Source: Spirochaetae bacterium HGW-Spirochaetae-5
GTDB taxonomy: Bacteria; Spirochaetota; UBA4802; UBA5550
Assembly: GCA_002839285.1 (NCBI GenBank)
Contig: PGXT01000001.1
Coordinates: 80,112 to 144,111, forward strand
DNA length: 64,000 nucleotides
Reading direction: 5' to 3'
The position numbers and the translations under genes were made by a program. The stretch's first letter is position 1. Each line of letters begins with the position of its first letter. This document shows, piece after piece, positions 47,658 to 55,998 of the stretch. The notes below the pieces were generated by a model. That model was not told the DNA's origin and made no database searches. It saw nothing but the letters and a program-made list of their open reading frames with translations.

Positions 47658-49738
47658 GATGCAGCCACATTACTATATGTTTTTTAACTTTGAGGCACGG
47701 ACGCCGAAAAGTTCACGATATGTTTGTTTTACAAAAAATATATTCAAAGTTTAATTCAAATTCATTTCAGTTAACGGATCATAATGGACCTTCTCAGTAG
47801 AAACATCTTTCTTGACAATAAGTATTCAATGCGCCCTGTTTATATTAAACTTTAAGATTACGAAACATTTAATTTGGTTCGTATGTTGTTAATTTCAAAT
47901 GTCAGGAAACTCCTTGTCCCATTATTACTTTCAATAGAATATGATGTAGATAAGACCTTAAGTATCATAGAACCAAAACCGGATGTTTTATTTATGTCAT
48001 AACCATCTTTCAGTCCAACACCATCATCTTGAACAGAAAGATTCACTTGATTACCAATCCTGTCTATATGAATCAATATATGACCACTATCTCTTCCTAT
48101 GAAAGCATATTTAAAAGCGTTTGTGAGTATTTCATTCAAAGCCATGCCAATTGACACAAGCTTATCTGCTTCAAGATCAAAATCATTAATTCGCTGTTCA
48201 ATGGTTACTTTTTTATCAGAAAAAACTCCAACTATCGAATCGACAAGTGACTCAATATAATTTTTAACAGAAACTTCCTGATAATCATTACCAAGCAGTA
48301 ATTTTTCATAAAGAATACACATACTGTCCACATGAGAAATAGCAGTATGAAGTCTTGATTTAACCTCTGCATTTGTTGAATCTTCTGCTTGTAAATAAAG
48401 CAATGAGCTAATAGAGGCGATATTGTTTTTCACGCGATGATGAACTTCCTTGAGAAGATTTTCTTTTTCTGCAAGTAGGGATTTTATTTTTTCTTCTTTA
48501 AGCTTATGATCTGTTATATCATTAATTATAACTTGAACTGCTGTTTGCCCGCTATATAAAATTGGCGTGCTCTGAACATCAGCAACTATCGTCGTACCAT
48601 CCAGCTTGTTTAATTTTTCTTCAACTTTCGGATTGGTTTCACCAGTCACAAGGGCAGATTGTATTCTCATCAGGACGGAGTTGTGTATGTCCGGATTAAC
48701 AAAGTCAAGAAAAGACTTACTGAGCAAATCTTGTGCAGAGTTTGCCCCAAGCATCTTAATGGTTGCCGGATTGACATAGCAAATCCTGTCATCATAAAGA
48801 ACCAGCATTGGTGCTGGCGACAATTCGATCATGGTGCGGTATCGTTGTTCACCAGCAATGAGCAAACGATGTGTTCTTCCGAATACCAGTAAGGGTAATC
48901 CAATAGCGAGAACCAGTCTGAGACCTATCTCACTGATAAAAAATATGGCCTGGATCATTCCGCCCGCTGCCATCAGGTTCTGGTTTGTCGGCCCCATAAA
49001 TAGATTAGATACTCCGCGAATGACCATGAAAATTGCAGTTATAATATATCCCATAGCAACAAACCAGTGTACCAATCTGTCCTGGCCGTCTTTCGGCCGC
49101 AATACTATATAGGCAATTGCGAATCTGAGGGTAGTAGCTATTATTGAGTATGCCACTATTCGTACCGATAAGTTTGGCATAAAGTATGTGAAGTAGATAA
49201 ACAGGATGGCGGTGAGAGCAGATAGACACCAGTACCATGGAAACGTGCTCTTTTTGCCCTGAAATGACAAGTTGCCGAGGTATTGAAAACCAATGCCGGT
49301 TACCAGCAGTGTGTTAGAAAGAACAATGGATAAATAATCAGGAATAAAATCACGCAGCCACACTAGTACCATTCCGATGCCAATGACCGTCTCGCCTATC
49401 GCCCAGAGCCGTAAGCTTGTATCTTTTTTTATGACATAATTGACGATCTGCAAACCTATCGCCAACAGCAGGCTGCTGAGCATGACAAGAAAACTCAAGG
49501 TGCGAATGTCGAAGCTTATCATTGGTCCTCCAAATTTTGATACAGGAATCTTTGATAATATCCGGAGAGTTTTAAGTCAACTCTTGGGGCATAAAGATAA
49601 AGATTGCCCATTATCCGAAGTATAAAATAGTTATATGCTTTAATTCTTAATATATTAGAATAATGAATAAGAAAATATATTTTTTCTCTCTTTCCGGCAC
49701 GGATGCCGGGTTTTGTAGTTTGCGGCTGTTTCGTTTAA
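47567..49738 (-). mobile_element. integron gene cassette (2172 bp) carrying a histidine kinase
   Basis: Cassette start G|TTAAACGAAACAGCCGC is complementary (15/18) to the attC R'' arm GTGGCTGCATCGTTTAAC. Confidence 0.75.
47858..49522 (-). CDS. membrane-bound PAS + HisKA_2 sensor histidine kinase
   Basis: ~7 TM helices, PAS (YVNPA..LG..D.V.P), LLKEVHHRVKNN H-box, NEILTNAFKYAF, DDGVG, GFG. Confidence 0.9.
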   Translation of the reverse strand: MISFDIRTLSFLVMLSSLLLAIGLQIVNYVIKKDTSLRLWAIGETVIGIGMVLVWLRDFIPDYLSIVLSNTLLVTGIGFQYLGNLSFQGKKSTFPWYWCLSALTAILFIYFTYFMPNLSVRIVAYSIIATTLRFAIAYIVLRPKDGQDRLVHWFVAMGYIITAIFMVIRGVSNLFMGPTNQNLMAAGGMIQAIFFISEIGLRLVLAIGLPLLVFGRTHRLLIAGEQRYRTMIELSPAPMLVLYDDRICYVNPATIKMLGANSAQDLLSKSFLDFVNPDIHNSVLMRIQSALVTGETNPKVEEKLNKLDGTTIVADVQSTPILYSGQTAVQVIINDITDHKLKEEKIKSLLAEKENLLKEVHHRVKNNIASISSLLYLQAEDSTNAEVKSRLHTAISHVDSMCILYEKLLLGNDYQEVSVKNYIESLVDSIVGVFSDKKVTIEQRINDFDLEADKLVSIGMALNEILTNAFKYAFIGRDSGHILIHIDRIGNQVNLSVQDDGVGLKDGYDINKTSGFGSMILKVLSTSYSIESNNGTRSFLTFEINNIRTKLNVS

Positions 49739-49751
49739 CTTTTATTTATAC
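49733..49751 (-). other. attI-like primary recombination site
   Basis: Minus strand GTATAAA-TAAAA-GTTAAAC has the 7-5-7 layout of attI1 (CCCTAAA-ACAAA-GTTRRRY) and lies exactly at the cassette start. Confidence 0.6.
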
Positions 49752-50163
49752 GTATTTCTTATATATGATATAAATGGAACGAATAACGAAATATTTCGTA
49801 TGATGGATCTATCTATTAAAATCAATACTGCCTTTAAAACTGTAAATAGCAAGTCATAAACATTGTGAAGTTTTATATTTTTTATAAAGTATATGTGTGG
49901 GCTTATACATACTTCCAGCAACCAGCAGCATCCCTAGCCCCCCCCCACGGTGTATCAGCTAATGATGTGAAATCAGAGGGGGGAAGATGTGGGTGAGCTT
50001 CTCTCTCGAATAATTATTCTATAATAGATATATCCCTTCAATCAGTCTGAATAATATATATTGCTCATTGCAATGAATAGAATCAATAAAGCTGTTACAG
50101 TTTAAAATGTGTGAGCATTACCACAACTGGACAGCGCGAGCCGTTAAGCATTTTCTAAAATAC

Positions 50164-50367
50164 TTAATCTTCATCATATCGCTGTATAAATTCAATACAA
50201 GCCCTTCTAATAATTGCCGATCTATCAACATTATACCCGGTCTTTTCTCTCTCCTCTGCTGCTATCTCATCTAATCTTTTAGTCAATGATTCATCTATTC
50301 TTATAGAGTAAGCTTTTACTGCTCCTCCCTCTTTATGTGGCCTTCCCTTCTTCTTTGTATCTGTCAT
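50164..50367 (-). CDS. ribbon-helix-helix (CopG/Arc-like) regulator
   Basis: KKKGRP, YSIRIDESL..RLDEIA...RSAIIRRACIEFI. Confidence 0.8.
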   Translation of the reverse strand: MTDTKKKGRPHKEGGAVKAYSIRIDESLTKRLDEIAAEEREKTGYNVDRSAIIRRACIEFIQRYDED

Positions 50368-50516
50368 TGTATATGCTCCATTATGCGCCTTTCGGCGCCT
50401 GTTTTATAGTCCACGGATTTATCATAAAATTAACTGACTTGTCAATACTCATGTTTAAAAAAAACACAAAAAAACAAATAAATAATTATAAAAAACACGA
50501 TTAAACACAAAAATGC

Positions 50517-50546
50517 TTGACAATTTTATTTAACGTGTTACATTAT
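50517..50546 (+). promoter_or_regulatory. sigma70-type promoter with AAACAC repeats nearby
   Basis: TTGACA-16-(TGn)TACATT; AAACAC at 50462, 50493, 50503 and 50557, inverted GTGTT at 50535. Confidence 0.6.
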
Positions 50547-50594
50547 ATATAACATTAAACACAACAAATATATAATTCTCAATGAGGTTAAACA

Positions 50595-51101
50595 ATGGCT
50601 ACAAAAACACAACAAAAAACAAACTTTCTTAATGACTGTAAATCTATGGAAGAGGCCAAAAAACTCTTCCACTCACTTCTCAAAAAGTATCATCCAGATT
50701 TAAACCCAGACGGAGAAGAGATCTGTAAAATGCTTATTAACGAATACAGATCTTTTTCTCTATCTTCTTTCAATCGTCAAGCTGAAGACTTCTTCAAGTC
50801 TGACAAATGGACTTCAAAGGATCCTGTCGATTTAACACCATTCACAGACATTCTTGAAAAGATCCTGATGTTTGATTGTGACATTGAAATAATAGGTTTC
50901 TGGATTTACTGCTTCAATGCTTACAACTGCAAAGACCAGTTAAAAGAACTCGGTTTCTTCTACTCCGGAAAACATAAGGCTTGGATATACTCCGGAACAG
51001 CAAAAAAAAGATTCTGCACCAAAAACACCACAGACGACAACCGCGCGACATGGGGAGCGGTAAATGTCGAAAAATCAAAACAGGCAAAGCTTACAGCTTA
51101 A
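50595..51101 (+). CDS. J-domain (DnaJ-like) phage protein
   Basis: LLKKYHPDL..G; C-terminal EIIGFWIY..KDQLKELGF..K.KAW. Confidence 0.8.
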   Translation: MATKTQQKTNFLNDCKSMEEAKKLFHSLLKKYHPDLNPDGEEICKMLINEYRSFSLSSFNRQAEDFFKSDKWTSKDPVDLTPFTDILEKILMFDCDIEIIGFWIYCFNAYNCKDQLKELGFFYSGKHKAWIYSGTAKKRFCTKNTTDDNRATWGAVNVEKSKQAKLTA

Positions 51102-51115
51102 GAAGAGGTTAACCA

Positions 51116-51580
51116 ATGACAGCAACCAAAATTAAAAAATCAAGCTCTCTCTATGTGAGAGAGCTTACAACTAAATATAAAACTCTGAACACTGAAAGAA
51201 TACATGTCAGTGATCCGGGGAAAGTAGCAAATTTTATCCGGGAGCAGATCGGAGAGGAGAACAGAGAACATTTTTCTGTTCTTGGAATCAATACAAAGAA
51301 TGTCGTTGTTATATATCACAATGTCAGTATCGGAACGGTTGATCAATCAATCGTACACCCGAGAGAAGTTTTTACAGCTGCTTTATTGTCCGGATGTTCT
51401 GGAATTATTGTCACACATAACCACCCTTCCGGAATTGTCGCACCATCAAAACAGGACATCGAAGTTACAAGGAGAATATCAGAAGCCGGTAAAGTAATGG
51501 GAATCCCCTTGGTAGATCATATCATAGTCGGCTTTGATAATCCAGAATATTACAGCATGAAAGAAAACGGATATTTATAA
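51116..51580 (+). CDS. RadC/JAB (UPF0758) domain protein
   Basis: REHF, GTVDQSIVHPREVF, HNHPSG..PS.QD, LVDHII. Confidence 0.92.
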   Translation: MTATKIKKSSSLYVRELTTKYKTLNTERIHVSDPGKVANFIREQIGEENREHFSVLGINTKNVVVIYHNVSIGTVDQSIVHPREVFTAALLSGCSGIIVTHNHPSGIVAPSKQDIEVTRRISEAGKVMGIPLVDHIIVGFDNPEYYSMKENGYL

Positions 51581-51593
51581 AAGGAGATATGTC

Positions 51594-51899
51594 ATGTTTC
51601 AATCAATTACAGATAAATTCAATCCCGGTACACTATTAATGACAAGAGCGGTAAATGACCGTGTCGCTGATGATTCACAGTTTGCAAAGTTTGTTCTAAG
51701 ATCAATCAAAAGACATTTAAAGTGTGATTGGGGAGAACTATGTCAGGAGGATAAAGATTTAAATGATTTATCTCTATCCAGCGAGGATCCCGGCAGACTC
51801 TTTTCCGCTTATGAGTTTAACGGCAAAGAGGACCGGATCTATATAATTACTGAATGGGATAGATCATACACAACAATACTTTACCCGAACGAATACTAA
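51594..51899 (+). CDS. plasmid/phage-related hypothetical protein
   Basis: F.PG.L.MT.AV, RH..DWGELC.ED..ND, IYIITEWDRS.TTILYP.EY family motifs. Confidence 0.75.
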   Translation: MFQSITDKFNPGTLLMTRAVNDRVADDSQFAKFVLRSIKRHLKCDWGELCQEDKDLNDLSLSSEDPGRLFSAYEFNGKEDRIYIITEWDRSYTTILYPNEY

Positions 51900-51940
51900 A
51901 TCAAATCATCCGGGGAGAAATCCCCGGAAAGGAGTATAAA

Positions 51941-52216
51941 TTGAAAACATTGAATGAAATTGAAGAGTTGAAAAAGAACTGGTTTAATGATCCATGCTAT
52001 GATATAGAAATGACAGAAGGCTTCGAGGATCACAAAGAAGAACTATTAAATTACCGTCTTCAGTGTGAAAATAAATGGCGTGAAGGTTTTCAGAACAGAC
52101 TTAAATTAAAAGCGGAGAAACTCAATTGTTCTGTCGAGCTTGCCGGTTACATAAACACACTGGAATGGCAGCTTCAGGATATGCAGAAGAAAATTGATAT
52201 TATGTATTTTGGTTGA
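51941..52216 (+). CDS. phage hypothetical protein
   Basis: AAGGAG RBS, TTG start; W..DPC.DIE.TEGFE.H.EEL motif. Confidence 0.65.
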   Translation: MKTLNEIEELKKNWFNDPCYDIEMTEGFEDHKEELLNYRLQCENKWREGFQNRLKLKAEKLNCSVELAGYINTLEWQLQDMQKKIDIMYFG

Positions 52217-52260
52217 CGTAAAATTATTAAACGCTATACTTACAACGTTTAACTTCATGA

Positions 52261-52301
52261 AACCAGAGTCGGAGCAATCTGGCTTCTGGTTTCTCTTTTT
52301 C
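52261..52301 (+). terminator. intrinsic terminator
   Basis: aaccagagtcgga-gcaa-tctggcttctggtt followed by a T-rich tail. Confidence 0.6.
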
Positions 52302-52324
52302 ATTGTAACTCCGGAAAGGATCCC

Positions 52325-52825
52325 ATGATTAAGATTATAAACTTCCTGAATAGAAGAGACCTTCAAAAACTGAAAAGCCGGGCTGATGTGTCAGGCTGGC
52401 TGCTTATAATAATATTATCTCTTGATATACATAGATTTGGTGCCTGGTACACGGGAAATCAGGCTCATATACGGCCTTATATTTTCCCCTTCCTGTGTCT
52501 TGCCGGGATCCCGATCATTATATTTGTCATGGCTGGAGCAGTTCAGTATTGTGTCAGGCGGCAATGGTTTACACTACTCTATCTGTCAGGGATTTATGTC
52601 TGCGCTCTTCCCTTCTCAATCTTTAATTTTGATGCATTGAAATATATCTTTAAAAAACCGTTATGGTATAATGCTTCAATATTCGAGCCCATTGATCTGA
52701 ATTTCTTTAAAGGTGTCGGATTGCTGATGCTTACTTCCGCTGGGATCACAGCAGGATTATGTATTTTAGGACTCTTCTACAAAGTAATAAATTCTCTCAC
52801 TGAAAAAATGATGATAAAAAAATGA
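52325..52825 (+). CDS. four-TM membrane protein (moron-like)
   Basis: Hydrophobic 166-aa ORF near attR. Confidence 0.6.
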   Translation: MIKIINFLNRRDLQKLKSRADVSGWLLIIILSLDIHRFGAWYTGNQAHIRPYIFPFLCLAGIPIIIFVMAGAVQYCVRRQWFTLLYLSGIYVCALPFSIFNFDALKYIFKKPLWYNASIFEPIDLNFFKGVGLLMLTSAGITAGLCILGLFYKVINSLTEKMMIKK

Positions 52826-52846
52826 CATTTATAAAATACTGTTCAC

Positions 52847-52966
52847 CGCATAACGCACAACACAGACCACTTGACCGCAGTCATGTGGTCGTCTATATAA
52901 TTTTACATATAAAAACACCCATTTATGGTAACAAATGACGCTTTTCGTTGCACGTATGTTGCACAG
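52847..52966 (+). promoter_or_regulatory. putative integrase arm-type sites, right
   Basis: cgcataacgcac (52847-52858) and tttcgttgcacgtatgttgcacag (52943-52966). Confidence 0.6.
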
Positions 52967-53115
52967 AAATTATAAATTAAGTTATTTTATCACAATGTAA
53001 CCCAATTTTTGCGTGTTTTTATAGTCATTAAATTATGAATGTACATCAATTTACTACAATATAATGTTATTTATCGCAATCAATTGCAACTTGTAGAGTT
53101 TGAAGCACTTCTACC

Positions 53116-53162
53116 GAATGGGGTTCAAGTGGTCGGAGGTTCGAATCCTCTCGCCCCGAATA
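53116..53162 (+). repeat. attR core (47 bp; displaced tRNA-Pro 3' part)
   Basis: Identical to 12383-12429. Confidence 0.95.
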
Positions 53163-53197
53163 TTAAAAAAGCTCTGATAATATCAGAGCTTTTTTAA
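53163..53197. terminator. host tRNA terminator (bidirectional)
   Basis: ttaaaaaagctctgat-aat-atcagagcttttttaa. Confidence 0.8.
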
Positions 53198-53276
53198 TTG
53201 GCAAAATTGATCATTTTTACAGATTATTAATCATAGATACAATATTGAACATTCAACATTTTAAAACTTCTAAAAT

Positions 53277-53612
53277 CTACGCCTTAACCAGTATATTAAA
53301 CAGCTTCACATCAGTTAAAGCCTCTACTCCGTAATTTATTCCCGATTCCAGGGCAATTACATCACCGGCATTTACTATTACTTCATCCGATTCTTTATAA
53401 ACTATTTTTGCACTCCCTTCAATCATAACAAAAAGGGTTTCCATGCTGTAATACTCTTTATCAATACTTTCGCCTTTTGCATATGAGAAGAAACGTATCT
53501 CGGTATTGTCGTTATCGATCAAAGCTTTACTCGCTATTTTGCTCCCTGTGTGCTGAATCATATCGGTCATTGCAACAGGCTCATAGGGAATTATATTTCT
53601 TAAGTACTTCAT
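53277..53612 (-). CDS. cupin domain protein
   Basis: Beta-barrel pattern, paired with the upstream cupin. Confidence 0.75.
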   Translation of the reverse strand: MKYLRNIIPYEPVAMTDMIQHTGSKIASKALIDNDNTEIRFFSYAKGESIDKEYYSMETLFVMIEGSAKIVYKESDEVIVNAGDVIALESGINYGVEALTDVKLFNILVKA

Positions 53613-53614
53613 CT

Positions 53615-53953
53615 CTACTCCTCTTTAACAACTATCAAAAGCATCTTCATATCCTCTTTTGCTGTTACCTGATGGGGTATATTAGCAGGCATAACAACGA
53701 ACTGGCCCTTAACAGCCTCCATTACCTCATCTCCGATTTTTACTGTTGCTGTTCCGTGATGAATATATATTAATGCGTCACCCTTTGCTGCATGGGGGCC
53801 CACACCTTCACCTTTTCCGAATGCCAGCGCCGTTAATCCCACACCCTTTTTCTGCGCCAGAGTTACGGTCTCTATCTGCCCCTCTTTACAGCTTACAAGA
53901 CTATCCAGATCTATACTTTTTGCTTTTTCTACGTTTTTAATTAATTCCTGCAT
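53615..53953 (-). CDS. cupin domain protein
   Basis: [17 protein letters not shown]...MPANIPH.V.A. Confidence 0.85.
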   Translation of the reverse strand: MQELIKNVEKAKSIDLDSLVSCKEGQIETVTLAQKKGVGLTALAFGKGEGVGPHAAKGDALIYIHHGTATVKIGDEVMEAVKGQFVVMPANIPHQVTAKEDMKMLLIVVKEE

Positions 53954-54107
53954 CTTTACACACTCCTTTTATTTTAGACTAAATGCTTCATTCAGAAATA
54001 TTCATTGTTTATGAATCTATAATATATAATTAAAATTATGATTCAAATGACTCAGGTCAATTTCATTAAAAAAGATGGAGTATTTACCGCATAAATTTTT
54101 TAAGCGG

Positions 54108-54205
54108 CAGGGGTGCGTATGCTTCGCATACGCTTTAAATTGGGGGATTACGGGGGTTCCCCCCGTAATCCCCCAATTTAAGGCTCAGCGCGAAGCGCTG
54201 AACCC
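54108..54205. repeat. REP-like family A, full three-hairpin copy
   Basis: gcgtatgc-ttc-gcatacgc; aaattgggggattacgggg..ccccgtaatcccccaattt; cagcgc-gaa-gcgctg. Confidence 0.75.
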
Positions 54206-54219
54206 ACACAAATAAATCG

Positions 54220-55296
54220 TTACTGTTTAAAATCTCTGTTGTAGTTCTTTATAATTTTCGACAGGGTCTTCTCCTTCGCTTTCCTTGCCATCCTACCCTT
54301 TTCGCTCTTCATCATACTGAAAGATTCAATCTCACCCCTTATGGTTATATAGCTCTGATACCTTTCGTATTCAATCAGACCCTCACTGACAAGTCCAAGA
54401 ACACCGCAGCCCGGCTCATCTGTATGGGTACAATCCTTAAATCTGCAGCTGTCGGCAGCATGGGCAATTTCTGTAAAAGCCGCATCGAGCGATTCAGTAT
54501 CCCCGTAGGGACGCAGTTCCCGTAGACCGGGAGTATCAATCACCATGGCTCCGCTCCCTAACAGAAAGAGCTCTTTGCGGGTTGTAGTATGCCGTCCGCG
54601 CTTATCATCTTCACGAAGTGAGCCGGTTTTCTGAACACCTCTCCCCATAAGCTGATTGATAAGAGCCGATTTCCCCGCTCCGGAGGGACCGGTAAAAGCG
54701 GCAGTAACCCCCTGAACCAGAAGACCGTTCATCTGCTCAATACCCTCCCCGGTCAGAGCGCTAACCATAAACACCGGTATATTGCCCGAAACTGAAGCTG
54801 CCATGGTTTTAAATTCGGCCCTTTCGCTTTCAGAACAGAGGTCGCACTTGTTAAGTATAATTACAGGCTCTGCGCCTCCGTCACTTACCATTACTATATA
54901 TCGTTCAAGACCGCGCTGTGTAAAATTCCGTCCTCCGTCGAGTGCTGCGACTATGAACATTATATCAATGTTTGCCGCAATAACCTGTTCATCGCTCCGC
55001 TTACCCGCAGCACGCCTTGAAAAAACGCTTCCCCTTTCGAGAATTTTTTCAATAATCATGGGATCACTTTCACTGCGCATAAGTACCCAGTCACCAACCG
55101 CCGGGTAGTCACCCGGTCCGGCAGCTGTGTACTGAAAATGCCCGGATATTCTCGCATCAGATCTCCCTTTTTCTGTTTCTACAGAATAGAGATGTCCGGC
55201 TTCACCGGTAACCCGTCCGGGTATAAGTCCTGACCCGCTCCAGACAGCATACTGATCTTCAAAAAAACTGTTCCATCCTATATCTTCAAGTTTCAT
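54220..55296 (-). CDS. rsgA: ribosome small subunit-dependent GTPase A
   Basis: PAVGDWV, NKCD, GPSGAGKS, GRHTTT, DTPG, CRFKDCTH.DEPGC. Confidence 0.95.
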   Translation of the reverse strand: MKLEDIGWNSFFEDQYAVWSGSGLIPGRVTGEAGHLYSVETEKGRSDARISGHFQYTAAGPGDYPAVGDWVLMRSESDPMIIEKILERGSVFSRRAAGKRSDEQVIAANIDIMFIVAALDGGRNFTQRGLERYIVMVSDGGAEPVIILNKCDLCSESERAEFKTMAASVSGNIPVFMVSALTGEGIEQMNGLLVQGVTAAFTGPSGAGKSALINQLMGRGVQKTGSLREDDKRGRHTTTRKELFLLGSGAMVIDTPGLRELRPYGDTESLDAAFTEIAHAADSCRFKDCTHTDEPGCGVLGLVSEGLIEYERYQSYITIRGEIESFSMMKSEKGRMARKAKEKTLSKIIKNYNRDFKQ

Positions 55297-55691
55297 TTTA
55301 TCGCCTCAGCTATTATAATTTCGATCTTTTCATATACGCCCGTGTTATCCGGAAACGGGAACATTTTAACAGGTTTAACTGCAATATGCATCAGCCGGGT
55401 CTGATTGTCATCTCCGGCAATTCTATTGGATCTGATAAACCCGCACTTAACACACCTGTGAATAAGAGCCCATTCACCATCCAGCCTTACCCAAATGCCT
55501 ATGGGCTCCATCATTCCTCTGCATACAGACATTCTGTCACCGGTACGAAGATCTACATGTCTGCTCCAGAGACATTCGGGACAATGATTTCTGTTCAAAG
55601 TACCCGAGATGGCTGTTACCACAGATCTGCCGCATTTTTCACAAATAAAAGCATTATGCTCATTTATATATTTCCTGTCACTTCTGGACAT
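55293..55691 (-). CDS. RNHCP domain protein
   Basis: FICEKCG..RNHCPECLWSRHVD..GDR..C.G.M.P...HRC..CG..N..A.DD. Confidence 0.9.
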   Translation of the reverse strand: MSRSDRKYINEHNAFICEKCGRSVVTAISGTLNRNHCPECLWSRHVDLRTGDRMSVCRGMMEPIGIWVRLDGEWALIHRCVKCGFIRSNRIAGDDNQTRLMHIAVKPVKMFPFPDNTGVYEKIEIIIAEAIK

Positions 55692-55905
55692 TTTATTCCT
55701 CTATAATATTGTAGAATTTCAGAAAATGACGGTAACCGGATAAGAATATTAATTAATGAATATCCGGAATTCCGCTTATCTGAGTTAAATTATTGTAATT
55801 ATGGAATACGATGACCCGCTCTGTGCACACAGAGTGTAACTGAAGGATAGACTTGAAGTAAATAATTTGCGGAAAAAATTTTTAAAATAAAAAAATTGTC
55901 CGAAG

Positions 55906-55947
55906 TCAATCCCTGAGCAGGAACATCCCTCTAACAAAATCCAGCAT
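55906..55947 (-). promoter_or_regulatory. putative leader peptide uORF (MLDFVRGMFLLRD) of a structured attenuator
   Basis: AAGGCGG RBS; the uORF end can pair with downstream AAGTCTATCCTT; further hairpins before the RNHCP start. Confidence 0.45.
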
Positions 55948-55998
55948 CCTGGCCGCCTTTAAAATTTAATTGGAGCAAAGAAAACTATAAAAAAAAGA

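Larger units (their letters stand above)
12383..53162. mobile_element. complete-looking temperate prophage (~40.8 kb, podovirus-like) integrated at tRNA-Pro
   Basis: 47-bp direct repeat of the tRNA 3' part at both ends; integrase next to attL; full early, packaging, capsid, lysis, tail and ejection modules. Confidence 0.95.

Noticed and set aside
47603-47800. 65-aa plus-strand ORF
   Set aside because: Overlaps the attC and cassette trailer, no RBS, probably spurious
49729-49756. dif/Xer site
   Set aside because: One arm (AATACGTATAA) resembles a XerC arm, but there is no TTATGTTAAAT XerD arm; the attI reading fits the cassette boundary better
51909-51928. Terminator or N4-type hairpin promoter (tccgggga-gaaa-tccccgga)
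   Set aside because: No T-tract follows and no virion RNA polymerase motif was recognised; function cannot be assigned
52847-52890. attC starting at cgcataac
   Set aside because: No matching GTTATGCG arm downstream; the motif is shared with the attL arm region
53116-53162. Second tRNA-Pro gene
   Set aside because: Only the 3' part is present; it is attR
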